In this document: one piece after another, positions 28,194 through 37,917 of the stretch
Layout: each line of letters begins with the position of its first letter
Numbering within the stretch: the stretch's first letter is position 1
Virus record (IMG/VR): IMGVR_UViG_3300032931_001151
Coordinates: 1-64,000 of that record
Length of the DNA: 64,000 nt
Direction: 5' to 3' (one strand)
Notes under the pieces: model-generated
The model's database searches: none
What the model saw: the letters and a program-made list of their open reading frames with translations, nothing else
Told to the model about the DNA's origin: nothing
Made by a program: the position numbers and the translations under genes

Positions 28194-29308
28194 ATACACT
28201 CCTTATTACAAATGTTTATATCTGGAACTAGAACACAAGGCTTGCAAGTATCAATGTGGTGCTTGCACTTTTGACATTTACCAGATTCTAATCCAAATTG
28301 TTGTTTCTTCCTAAACAATTCAAATTGTAGACTCTCCCACGCATCTTCAAGAGATACATCATTTAGATTTACACCATATGCTTGTTTCTGATCAAATGAA
28401 CAAGGACAAAAAATACCATTTGGACTAATATATGCGGAGAAACATCCCGAGTCACAACTTGAGACACTTTGAGAAATAACATTCTTCATATATTTACCAA
28501 TAAACATACACGAACATGAGTCAAACCCAATCTTAAACGACAACGGTTTATCAAGCAACTCAAAAAGTTCATTCAAACTTGGTTCTTTACCGGTAATAAC
28601 ATTACTTAAATCACCTTGACCAATATTCTTATAGTTCAATATAATAAGAGCATTTACACCTTTAGGTACTTTATTCTCTTTAATAATTGAAATTAGTTCA
28701 TCAATTGTTTTATTGGATAGAACATAATGAATATTTGTGGTTACACCGGCATCAATGAATTTATTTAAAGCATTGATAGTATGATCTTGTCTCTGCCAAC
28801 TACACGCAACTGCGCCGGCATATTGTTTAGTAATTTGGACCTCTTCATCCGTTAATCCAATTCCACTTGTAGTGTAATTAGGGGCTATATGATTATCCCT
28901 ACACAACTTCATAAACTCTTTAAAGTTTTCATGTTTATTTGGGTCGCCACGACCCCCTAATGCTATTTCGTAAACCTTTCCAACACATTGACTTATGATT
29001 TTTGAAAACACATCATAAGTCATATTTGGCTCATCTTTAATAAAACCAGATTGATAACAATCAATCCCACCTTGCTTGCATACACCCCTTGCTTTACAGT
29101 GACCCATTATACCAATGTCAAGCAAGTGAGGAACCGAACTCATAAAAGGATCTTTCCCCGTATCTTTGCCATTCTCAATGATTCCACTACGGTAATAAAA
29201 CCCAGTAGTCATATTGAAGGATGACTTAAAGTTATAAATCTTGTCGTAAGAATGGATAACACCATCCTTAACAAAAGATGTAACTTTTTGGGTATCACAA
29301 AGGATCAT
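28190..29308 (-). CDS. Radical SAM protein with SPASM/twitch domain and an atypical cluster motif
   Basis: DIGIMGHCKARGVCKQGGIDCYQ (CX5CX6C), ALGGRGDP, YTTSG, GFDSC, SCDSGCFSAYISPNG..PCSF, CQKC..C..C. Confidence 0.88.
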   Translation of the reverse strand: MILCDTQKVTSFVKDGVIHSYDKIYNFKSSFNMTTGFYYRSGIIENGKDTGKDPFMSSVPHLLDIGIMGHCKARGVCKQGGIDCYQSGFIKDEPNMTYDVFSKIISQCVGKVYEIALGGRGDPNKHENFKEFMKLCRDNHIAPNYTTSGIGLTDEEVQITKQYAGAVACSWQRQDHTINALNKFIDAGVTTNIHYVLSNKTIDELISIIKENKVPKGVNALIILNYKNIGQGDLSNVITGKEPSLNELFELLDKPLSFKIGFDSCSCMFIGKYMKNVISQSVSSCDSGCFSAYISPNGIFCPCSFDQKQAYGVNLNDVSLEDAWESLQFELFRKKQQFGLESGKCQKCKHHIDTCKPCVLVPDINICNKECI

Positions 29309-30216
29309 GGAGTCCCTTCTTTTAGTACTTGAATTGTTTTATTTAGTTTATTAGTAACATTAGATAATATGGTTTGAGTTTTTCGCATTGACTCAACCTT
29401 AGTCAATCTTTCATATATATCCGACAACTCTTGAATGAGAACCTTTCTCTCCGTTTTGCTTACTAACTTATTCTCTTCAACAAATAGAATATCTTTAATT
29501 ATTTTTTTAATTCCGTCTTTATACTCCTTTAACTTAGTAACACACTCTTCATACGTGCCACGGAAAGAGCATACTTTCTCATAATTCTCTTTTGTAAAAA
29601 TATAATTTCCATTCATCTTGGCATACTTAATTCCAGAATGTGAAGCATTTTGAATATAATGACCTTTAGTTGATATTTTTTCATCATCGCTATAAAACTC
29701 AACTTCAAGTTCCTTACAAATCTCCTTTAAAGCATCTTGAGGGGAGATAGACATATTGCAAATAGGGTTATCAATTTCCCCACCCAATTGCGCCAATGGA
29801 ACGATTTCTTTATACTCCGAATAAATTACACCACTCACATTGAATGGAACATCTTCAAAAACCTCTTTATGTTGATAATGAGGTTCCCAAGTTTTAATGA
29901 ATTTCTTGTAAGCATATTCATCATCAAGGTTGTCAAACTCCCAATCTTCTTCTCCTTCATAACCTTTATTCTTTAATTCTTCACTCTCTTTTTTATATTC
30001 CATAATCATTTTAATAGACCCTTTCGGGCCATCATAATGAGTAATAGACGATATGGTAACTTTCTTAACTACTTTAATTGGAAGTATATGCAATTCATAT
30101 TCAACTGGATACCCATCACCTTTATCAATAGTGATTCTATCGTTAATAACATAGTTGCCATAATTTTTTAGAGTAAAAATGTAAGTACCCATGCGAGTCT
30201 TTAGAAAATTAATCAT
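29305..30216 (-). CDS. Hypothetical protein, first gene of the radical SAM/NSSSSS operon
   Basis: 303 aa; ATGA-coupled to the radical SAM gene. Confidence 0.75.
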   Translation of the reverse strand: MINFLKTRMGTYIFTLKNYGNYVINDRITIDKGDGYPVEYELHILPIKVVKKVTISSITHYDGPKGSIKMIMEYKKESEELKNKGYEGEEDWEFDNLDDEYAYKKFIKTWEPHYQHKEVFEDVPFNVSGVIYSEYKEIVPLAQLGGEIDNPICNMSISPQDALKEICKELEVEFYSDDEKISTKGHYIQNASHSGIKYAKMNGNYIFTKENYEKVCSFRGTYEECVTKLKEYKDGIKKIIKDILFVEENKLVSKTERKVLIQELSDIYERLTKVESMRKTQTILSNVTNKLNKTIQVLKEGTP

Positions 30217-30235
30217 TTATAGTTCCTTTAAGACT

Positions 30236-30262
30236 ATTATACGACGAATTAAGAGAAGTCAA
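30236..30262 (-). promoter_or_regulatory. Early promoter TTGACT-N15-TATAAT
   Basis: Heads the 30216-26672 operon. Confidence 0.75.
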
Positions 30263-30804
30263 GTCTCAAGGCGTCGTTTATCCGAAAAGAATTGTTGAAT
30301 TACCGTATCGTGGTTAAAAGCAAATTCGTAGTTACCCAATTGATCTAAAGTAGTCCATTTAGCATCGGCTACCTCGTTTGGCTCAGCGTCATTATTGGGA
30401 ATTAATTTAGGTAATTCAGTTACTTCAAGAACCTTAGCATATCTCAAAGTTACATTTTGACGGTTCTCATCCGGAGCAGTTTTGACGAACCACGGTTGAG
30501 TATCGTTATCAAATTTGCAATAATCATCCAAGTTGATTCCAATCTCTTCCCAAAGTTCTCTTTTAACGGCTTCTGGCCCAGATTCCGAAAAATCCAAATA
30601 TCCGCAAGGAAGGCACCATAGACCTTGCTTGTCTAATCCGGGGGCGGTTCCCCTCTTTTCAATAGCAATATAGAATTTATCGTCATTTGCTCTATATGCT
30701 ACAAGAACCATTACAACTGCTACCGATCGAGATAGCCAAATGGTTCTACCATCGGTAGTAGTTGTGCATTCATTTGGGATGTTCTTAAATATTGGAATAG
30801 TCAT
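30259..30804 (-). CDS. Nudix hydrolase
   Basis: Nudix box GYLDFSESGPEAVKRELWEEIG; FAFNH. Confidence 0.92.
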   Translation of the reverse strand: MTIPIFKNIPNECTTTTDGRTIWLSRSVAVVMVLVAYRANDDKFYIAIEKRGTAPGLDKQGLWCLPCGYLDFSESGPEAVKRELWEEIGINLDDYCKFDNDTQPWFVKTAPDENRQNVTLRYAKVLEVTELPKLIPNNDAEPNEVADAKWTTLDQLGNYEFAFNHDTVIQQFFSDKRRLET

Positions 30805-31240
30805 TTTATTTCCTTATTCATATAATCTTCATACTTTGAGAATAATTCACAATCGGCATAATGTTGTGGATCAACTTTTAAATTTCTTGTATTTTCAATA
30901 GGGCCGTAAATTGCTCTATTAAATGCTTTACAAAACATAAACTGAATATCGTGTATTTTTATATGGTGTGGTATAGTATTATTTGCCATTATGGCATTAA
31001 ACTCGTTAACCATTTTTTCGTAATTTGTCATTTGTCTTCCACAAGATTCATAAATGATTCAATATTATCTACATCGTCGGTTGTAATGACATATGTAGCT
31101 ACTTTAGCTTCTTCAAGATACATATTCTTCATTTCAGTATCAAGTACCCACCATTTCTTTGGTGGAACATTCCCTCTAACTACATCAATAAGATAATTCA
31201 TCCTAGCAAATGCTAAATCGTCTTCAAATCCGCTATTCAT
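30801..31240 (-). other. Two small hypothetical CDS (30801-31031, 31028-31240)
   Basis: ATGA-coupled, downstream of promoter 31260-31287. Confidence 0.6.
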
Positions 31241-31259
31241 TTTATATCTCCTTTTCATC

Positions 31260-31287
31260 ATTATATCTTGGAAAAGATAAAAGTCAA
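31260..31287 (-). promoter_or_regulatory. Early promoter TTGACT-N16-TATAAT
   Basis: Read directly. Confidence 0.8.
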
Positions 31288-31787
31288 ACACTATGTATGT
31301 CACCATCTTTTATGAGGATAGTAGGTCCTAATGGTTCTGGTTGAGTGGGATTCTTTAGTCTACCCAATGTCATATGGAATTTCAATTTTTTACCATTAGT
31401 GTATAACCCATAATATTCTCTCAAATCTGCCAATTCTTCACAATAAATATTCATCCAAGCATGTCTACCATTATTCCAAGAAATATAATTCCCATAATAG
31501 AATTCAACTTCTTTTCCATTGTTGAATCTCCATTTATCCACATTTTGTGTTGGAGTTTCCCCTTTCACGACGGAACTATGGAATCCCCAAAGAGTATTAG
31601 GCTTATGAATTGGCTCACCTTCCTTTTGCATAAACCAAGTATAATATTTGTATATTTCTTCGTCTAATTTTAGTAAGCACCAATACGGTGCGTAATGTTT
31701 AGTATTGATTCCTGGATCATATACCAAAACACCTTTTGATTTGAATTGGAATATATGATCTCCAACAATAAGAGGTTTAATGCTCAT
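31284..31787 (-). CDS. Phage protein with two HxS/T motifs (divergent 2H phosphoesterase-like)
   Basis: WGFHSSVVKGE and KFHMTLGR. Confidence 0.55.
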   Translation of the reverse strand: MSIKPLIVGDHIFQFKSKGVLVYDPGINTKHYAPYWCLLKLDEEIYKYYTWFMQKEGEPIHKPNTLWGFHSSVVKGETPTQNVDKWRFNNGKEVEFYYGNYISWNNGRHAWMNIYCEELADLREYYGLYTNGKKLKFHMTLGRLKNPTQPEPLGPTILIKDGDIHSV

Positions 31788-32740
31788 AGTACTTTCTTAA
31801 TAGCATTAAAGTATCCATCAAGCATCTCATCAAACTTATCATTTGGGTCAAATGTCTTTAATGACTTTCTAATATCATCGAATTTACTTAAATAGTTCTT
31901 AAATCCTTGTTCTAGTTGATACTCGGTCAAGTGTGGAACATATTCTATAAAATCAAAATTCTCAATTTCGGGAATAGGAACTCCGTAGTTTCCAACCATC
32001 TCATGCACTCCACCAGATTGTGCATAAAGAATCGGCAAACCACAACTAATGGCTTGAGGGACTGTTTTTGTTGCCGCATCTCTATAAGATAGGTTAACAA
32101 ATCCATCAGAAGAATTAAATATATTAGCCATTTCTTTAGGATCTGAAATATAGCCATATTTAGTTACATTACTTGAAGTTCTAATAAAATAACTATTTTT
32201 TCCTATCAAATTTAGAAGAAATTGATCTTTAAACATGGAAGCCAACTTAATAATACTCAAGTATCTCTTTTCTTCTCTATCCCAATCAGTAGCACTAGCA
32301 CATAATACAAGTTTTTTATTTAATGGGTATTCAAACCTACGAAATACTTTAGGATCTACCCAATGTCTAACTACACAATAATCCTTTAGGGGTTGATTAT
32401 AAGTATTGAAGAAACTATCACGGCTATAATTAGTTATAAAGATTACATTATCCGCTTGTTGAGCTGCCCTATTTAACGGGTGGTTTCTTTGAACAAAATC
32501 TTTATGCCAAAATACCCCATCCATTCTCTTTACTAGTGGTTTTTTTAAATCTAGAATATATTTTGGAAATACATCGTTAGTAATAATTACATCCGCAATA
32601 TGTGGATCATTGACAAATGTAAATCCATAATACTCACAATTTTCGTGTAAGTATCTCATAACATCATTAACAAGTGGGCCACCACCATTTCTATGTGGTG
32701 GCCTTTCACTTGAATTTGAGCAATCAAATATTTTTATCAT
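31784..32740 (-). CDS. Glycosyltransferase family 4 (GT-B)
   Basis: VKRMDG, ADNVIFITNYS, K-R motif EKRY, SYRDAATKTVPQAISCGLPILYAQSGGVHE. Confidence 0.85.
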   Translation of the reverse strand: MIKIFDCSNSSERPPHRNGGGPLVNDVMRYLHENCEYYGFTFVNDPHIADVIITNDVFPKYILDLKKPLVKRMDGVFWHKDFVQRNHPLNRAAQQADNVIFITNYSRDSFFNTYNQPLKDYCVVRHWVDPKVFRRFEYPLNKKLVLCASATDWDREEKRYLSIIKLASMFKDQFLLNLIGKNSYFIRTSSNVTKYGYISDPKEMANIFNSSDGFVNLSYRDAATKTVPQAISCGLPILYAQSGGVHEMVGNYGVPIPEIENFDFIEYVPHLTEYQLEQGFKNYLSKFDDIRKSLKTFDPNDKFDEMLDGYFNAIKKVL

Positions 32741-33695
32741 GAATACTCTTGAATTTATTATTGTATTCCGAACAAACATCCAAACATTGACGAGAACAAA
32801 TAGGGTCTTTATGTGTATCGTGATTTAGTCCCCATTCAACTCTCTCTTGTCGCATATTAGGACCAATCTTGCCGATTGGATTGCCATGCTCTCTCATATA
32901 GATTACACATGGGAAATGATAATCCCCACATACAACACTATCATCTTGAATTAGCCAGCAACGATGCGAATCGCCATCCTTTAATCCCCTAACATTAATA
33001 TCATTCTTAATGTTATTAACACGATACTTAAGAATTGGATGTGCATTAAGAATATCCTCGGAAATTCCAATAACACCTTTCAATACACTATTAAATTGTG
33101 CAGCGGAAATAATACGAATATCTGCAACCCCAAGACTATGAGCATATTCAACAATTCCTTGAATTTCCCCAACATTGGTTTCGGTTAAAACAACTCCTAC
33201 GGTAACATAAGTTCTTGAAGCAAGATACTTAATGTTATTTGAAATGGTATTAAACTTCCCAGATACTCCAGCCATAGCGTCGGCAAATGAAGAACAACAA
33301 GCATCTAGAGAAATTGAAAAGTCATTTGCTCCTGCATCAACTAATTTTTGATACATTTCCGTTGATGTGGAACCATTTGAAGAAATAGCAATATGCTCAA
33401 CATTGTTCTTTTTACAATGTTCAACTAATTCAATCAATCGAGGATATATGGTTGGTTCTCCACCAGAAAAACGAACATTCTTAAGTCCATCTTTAATCCA
33501 ATCATTTAGAACAAACATTGCTTTATCAAAATCCATATCTCCAAGGCAATCATTACGAAGCCCACGGCAATAAGGACATTTAAAATTGCAACGATTAGTC
33601 AAAATCATTTCAGTTCTATACATTGGCGAGGTTGGACTAGCCAACCTTGCTCTCTCATCCGATAGGGTATAGAATCCAATATTCTCAAGTTTCAT
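32724..33695 (-). CDS. Radical SAM protein with C-terminal Cys cluster (twitch-like)
   Basis: CNFKCPYC, RFSGGEPT, ISSNG, SISLD; CWL..FPCVIY..CSRQCLDVC. Confidence 0.92.
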   Translation of the reverse strand: MKLENIGFYTLSDERARLASPTSPMYRTEMILTNRCNFKCPYCRGLRNDCLGDMDFDKAMFVLNDWIKDGLKNVRFSGGEPTIYPRLIELVEHCKKNNVEHIAISSNGSTSTEMYQKLVDAGANDFSISLDACCSSFADAMAGVSGKFNTISNNIKYLASRTYVTVGVVLTETNVGEIQGIVEYAHSLGVADIRIISAAQFNSVLKGVIGISEDILNAHPILKYRVNNIKNDINVRGLKDGDSHRCWLIQDDSVVCGDYHFPCVIYMREHGNPIGKIGPNMRQERVEWGLNHDTHKDPICSRQCLDVCSEYNNKFKSIHDKNI

Positions 33696-33715
33696 AAAAC
33701 TCTCCTTATGAAATG

Positions 33716-33743
33716 ATTATAGTGAGAGTTTAGAGAAAGTCAA
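33716..33743 (-). promoter_or_regulatory. Early promoter TTGACT-N16-TATAAT
   Basis: Upstream of the radical SAM-GT4 genes. Confidence 0.8.
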
Positions 33744-33747
33744 GTAT

Positions 33748-33969
33748 TTAACCACCCCAAGGCATATGATTGGCCACTAATTTAATTTCCCAATGTTCAT
33801 CTCTTTCATTTGCTAACTTGTCCCCAAAATTTCTAGACTCGGGAGGATGTTCATTTTCTACAATAATTTTAATTCCAAGTTCTTCAAATGCTCTTTTAAT
33901 AACTTCCATTTCGTAATTTATACATCCCCCCAGCACCCATAACTATAATTGTAGTTTTTAGTTTCATAT
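33748..33969 (-). CDS. Hypothetical protein (5' end uncertain)
   Basis: ORF ending HMPWGG; a likely ATG near 33967 follows AAGGA. Confidence 0.5.
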
Positions 33970-33975
33970 AGTTCC

Positions 33976-34167
33976 TTAATGTTTTTGCTCTAATTGGGTT
34001 GGAACGTCATTCCAATGCCTTACTATCCCCGCAATTATAAAAATATTAGTTAATATATAAATCAATACTATGCAAGTTCTTATGGTAGCAACTATATCGG
34101 CCTCTTTGTCATTGGGTGTTGCTTTTTCACCCAGTGCTTTAGCCCATAATCTCCAAACGTATTTCAT
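33976..34167 (-). CDS. Conserved small phage membrane protein
   Basis: MKYVWRLWAKALGEKA..EAD.VA.IRT..TN.FIIAGIVRHW; start moved to 34167. Confidence 0.75.
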   Translation of the reverse strand: MKYVWRLWAKALGEKATPNDKEADIVATIRTCIVLIYILTNIFIIAGIVRHWNDVPTQLEQKH

Positions 34168-34183
34168 GCTAAATTCCTTTGAA

Positions 34184-35392
34184 TCAATAGTTTCTTCTAT
34201 AATATGATCTAATTGGAGTATCATCGTTGACATTCTTAATAAACTCAATTAGGAAATATCCACCTATTATAGATCCGATATGAATTATGAATATAATCCA
34301 TAGGTAATTCCAAGATATTTCAACTGATAAGTAATCAAACTTACTCCAATCTTTGATATCATATTCCTTTATGATAATATCTTTAATTAGTGGAAGAATA
34401 GTACTATCAATTTTATGGTCTAGCATTACATTTTGAAGTTGTACTTTAGCCAACTCGGACTCACTCCATCCAAATATTTTCACCCAATCGGCTTTATTGT
34501 TATTCCCGCTAGTTCCATAGCACATAACAATATCATTCTTTTTACCACCAACCCACTTAGCCCTTTGCCATTCGGCCATATCTTCACCTTTATTGCCGAA
34601 GTTAATCATAATAAGATTGACTTTCATCATTGGGCCTAAAGTAGCATTTAGTTGATCCCAATCACGAACGCTAATTGGTATAGGCCCAATTAATCTATTA
34701 GACACATAACGATTATCAATTTCCGGATACTCATACACATTAGTTCCTTCTGGAACTTTAGAGAATGAAAACACAGATGGTGCGGCTTTAATCTTATTAG
34801 TCCAACTACGAAGTTCGTGTACTGGATATACATAATTAGTAGAATTAATAGTTTGATAATCATTAGGATCACCCGATAACATCCTACTATTATGATCCCA
34901 AGTAGAACGAGTTCCGCTAGAAATACTTTCCGAATTGCCGAATAATCCTTTTATTTCATTATAGAATTCTTTAGAAATATCCTCTGAATGATCTAAAGTA
35001 TCATATTCAATAAATTTTTCGGGATGATTTCTCGTTGACGGTTCCCAATGATCAAATACTTGACGGCTCTTTGTTACCGTTCTATAACAAGTATTACCTT
35101 TAGAATCAGTATAACTCTCTTCCTCGGTGTAATATTCAGTTCTATAAACTGCATACTCATAATATTCTAACCAAGCCGGAATATGCTTCGCACAAGTCAC
35201 TTGACCTGACCACATTTCTTTATCGTTTGTCATATTAGAAACAGCAATTAGATGTACTACCCCACAAATAGCCAATCCAATAGCCGTCATAATAAGTGCA
35301 TGGAACCATTCAATTTTTTTAAAGAATAGCCATGCTACTCCGGCACAAATTAGCGGAATAAATGCCGTTAGCCAAACGAAAAGAATATCCAT
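34184..35392 (-). CDS. Membrane protein (two N-terminal TMs, large external domain, one C-terminal TM)
   Basis: Hydrophobic termini; WVGGKKNDIV; TAATG-coupled to the LemA-like gene. Confidence 0.75.
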   Translation of the reverse strand: MDILFVWLTAFIPLICAGVAWLFFKKIEWFHALIMTAIGLAICGVVHLIAVSNMTNDKEMWSGQVTCAKHIPAWLEYYEYAVYRTEYYTEEESYTDSKGNTCYRTVTKSRQVFDHWEPSTRNHPEKFIEYDTLDHSEDISKEFYNEIKGLFGNSESISSGTRSTWDHNSRMLSGDPNDYQTINSTNYVYPVHELRSWTNKIKAAPSVFSFSKVPEGTNVYEYPEIDNRYVSNRLIGPIPISVRDWDQLNATLGPMMKVNLIMINFGNKGEDMAEWQRAKWVGGKKNDIVMCYGTSGNNNKADWVKIFGWSESELAKVQLQNVMLDHKIDSTILPLIKDIIIKEYDIKDWSKFDYLSVEISWNYLWIIFIIHIGSIIGGYFLIEFIKNVNDDTPIRSYYRRNY

Positions 35393-35985
35393 TACTTCTT
35401 CTCAATACTCTTAGTGTTGCGTTTTGGTAGACCTAGATCGGTATTGTCATCAACACCCGTTCGGAAAGCCTCTTTTGTTTCCGACGAGGTGACAACAATA
35501 ATTTCAATTTCTTTACGACCTAAGATCATACATACAATGCTTCCCGGAAACAAAGTGACAACATCGGTATGGGCACGATTTAGATCAATAAGTTCTTTTT
35601 GTCGCATACTCCATGCTTCTCTTGAGGCAACCACTTGATTGTAAATCTTAGTGATGATACTCGTATCTACGTTTGGAATAGCCTCTTGTACAGTCTTCAT
35701 TGAGAAAATTGCACCACCACCTACCATTGCCTTTGATCGAGCATCGGCATTGCCAACGATAACATCAACTAACATTTGGGTTTGTGCATCTGTTAATTGG
35801 CAAATTTGAGTTAGAGTCTTTTTCATCTTGTCAAACTCATTAGTATTATCTACTTGCTTTGCTACTACAAGATTTCGCAACGATTGCTCTTTATTAGAGA
35901 GTGAAATTCCCCAAATGCCCAAAATAAGAGCAAGAGCGAAAACGCAAGCTAAAATCAAAGCCCCAATGATAAGAACATACTTCAT
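35392..35985 (-). CDS. LemA-like single-pass membrane protein
   Basis: N-terminal TM, helical body, EAIPNV..Y..V...R..Q..L.D...H....FP. Confidence 0.6.
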   Translation of the reverse strand: MKYVLIIGALILACVFALALILGIWGISLSNKEQSLRNLVVAKQVDNTNEFDKMKKTLTQICQLTDAQTQMLVDVIVGNADARSKAMVGGGAIFSMKTVQEAIPNVDTSIITKIYNQVVASREAWSMRQKELIDLNRAHTDVVTLFPGSIVCMILGRKEIEIIVVTSSETKEAFRTGVDDNTDLGLPKRNTKSIEKK

Positions 35986-36005
35986 AATAATCTCCTTTGG
36001 GGCTT

Positions 36006-36032
36006 ATTATATGGAAATTTTTAGAAAGTCAA
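36006..36032 (-). promoter_or_regulatory. Early promoter TTGACT-N15-TATAAT
   Basis: Read directly. Confidence 0.75.
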
Positions 36033-36547
36033 GGTGTTTGTTTTCTATCCTCAAAATCCCTTTTTAACTTTTTCTCAAATTCTTTTTGCTCTTTAATATA
36101 TCTTCTCAAGTAGTTTATGGCATTTCTAGGTGGGCAATCTAAAGAAATAAATTGCGGAGAGCTTGGAATATCTTCTTCTATGCAATCTCTATAATTATTT
36201 TCTTTATCTTCACCTATCTTATTCCAATCAACATAATCTTTACATTTCAAAGAAAGTCTTTTATAAACCCCTCGCATCTTTAATAGGCATACTTTTGGAA
36301 CTTCCGCATAATCAAATTCCTTTTGGAGTTCTAAACTCATATAATTCATAACTTTTTCAAAATTCGGAGGCATTTGAAAATTAGTATAATATGGATATGA
36401 GTCAAGTATCCCAACCGCAAAAGCAGTAATTAAAACGGATATGTGAATATATTCATTTGTAGTATATTCTGGATTTTTTACCATTCTTTCGGTGTCTTCA
36501 TAGTTTGCTTTTGCAAATAAATCCTCAAAACTGTTAAATCCTTCCAT
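36029..36547 (-). CDS. Hypothetical protein
   Basis: 172 aa abutting the upstream gene. Confidence 0.65.
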   Translation of the reverse strand: MEGFNSFEDLFAKANYEDTERMVKNPEYTTNEYIHISVLITAFAVGILDSYPYYTNFQMPPNFEKVMNYMSLELQKEFDYAEVPKVCLLKMRGVYKRLSLKCKDYVDWNKIGEDKENNYRDCIEEDIPSSPQFISLDCPPRNAINYLRRYIKEQKEFEKKLKRDFEDRKQTP

Positions 36548-37111
36548 TTAATATCCCTTTGTTAATAAGTTAGCCAAAACGAAAGCGTGTCCCATTTTTC
36601 TCGTTGAGTCATTTATAACATCTTTAAATGACATTCCCAATTTAATGTAATCATAACCATCAAAATCCCATATATGCAAGTCTTTTCTTTCTTTATACAA
36701 TTCTCTTAATTTTTTATATGAATCCGTTTGTATAACTGATTTGGAATACAATGGGACATATATTTTCTTTCTTGCCTCAACATATATTAACTTTTCCCCA
36801 TTCCACCAAGAATATAAAGGAATTTTGCCTTTTCCCATAGGATATCGAATGGCTTGGGGATTTGACCAACCTTCTATTGCCCAATTGAAATATTCTTTGG
36901 AAGGATTTCCACCGGAATCTATATAACCTTTGTATACTTTAGAAAATTGCCAAGCATTTTCAACATTAGTAGAAACATATTCGTTATATAACTCGCATGG
37001 GCCTAGAAAGAACGGCGATAATCCTTTAGACCAATTAAGTGACCTTGAAGTAGTATTAATTACTTCAATTCCATCGGGTGCCTTATCTTTAGGTCCCCAA
37101 ATATAAATCAC
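36548..37111 (-). CDS. DUF6939-like / NADAR-like protein
   Basis: INTTSRS..LSPF..NVENAWQFSKVY..EARKKIYVPLY..GHAFVL; the LSPF and VE..WQ..K spacing recalls NADAR. Confidence 0.5.
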   Translation of the reverse strand: MIYIWGPKDKAPDGIEVINTTSRSLNWSKGLSPFFLGPCELYNEYVSTNVENAWQFSKVYKGYIDSGGNPSKEYFNWAIEGWSNPQAIRYPMGKGKIPLYSWWNGEKLIYVEARKKIYVPLYSKSVIQTDSYKKLRELYKERKDLHIWDFDGYDYIKLGMSFKDVINDSTRKMGHAFVLANLLTKGY

Positions 37112-37917
37112 TCATCATCTTTCGTTTGATCTTCAATCTCTTTAATGGTTTCTTTTCTTTGTTTACGATGCTTCTCCTTTTTTGCTTCTCTTTTAGCACT
37201 ATCGGAAAACTTTTCTTCAGGTTCCCCTTTAATGTTAACGGCATGCTTATATTTTCCTTTTTCTACTAATTCTTTTTCTTTTTTAGTTAGTTTTTTAAGT
37301 GGGATGTTTCTTTTAGTTCTTGACATATTATTTTCCTTCTTGAATAAATCCACAAGTTGGACATACTAAATAAGTTTTTCCATTACTTGTTATTCTTGGT
37401 ACTAATGCGGAATGCGCCGAATCAACTCCACATGTTAATCCGTGAGCATATGGGTGGCATTGACTAACTATTATGCTAATAAAAAATCCTTTGAAATTAT
37501 CATTTAAAGGGCTATTCCATTTTTCATTAAAATCCGAATTTATATAATTATCAATTTCCTTTTCAATTCTTGTCATAGAAGGTCTAAGACTAATAGGAAT
37601 TTCCTTATTACATATTAGTTGTAAAGCTTCTTCAATCCATTCTTGTGGTATTTTCAAAGTATTTCCTCTATTTCTATTTTAATTTTTAGTTTTGATTTTC
37701 CGTCAAAGAATATGCTAGGATCAATAAACCACTCCGTAGGCTCTATAAATGGTATAGCACTTGGTCCGGTGAAAACCTCATTATGCCATAATTTTTGATA
37801 CTCTAACTCTTGCTTATAGAACTCTACACCACGAATACGTATAAATGTCTCTTTATCTACAACGAAATGGAAACATTCACCATTTCCTCCGGGAATTCCT
37901 TCAAATTCAAATTTCAT
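37108..37917 (-). other. Three small hypothetical CDS (37108-37353 basic, 37328-37657 with a CPTC zinc knuckle, 37654-37917)
   Basis: Coupled ORFs. Confidence 0.6.

Noticed and set aside
32724-33695. Specific MoaA or QueE assignment for this radical SAM
   Set aside because: No molybdopterin or 7-deazaguanine pathway genes are nearby, and it lacks the MoaA C-terminal GG motif.
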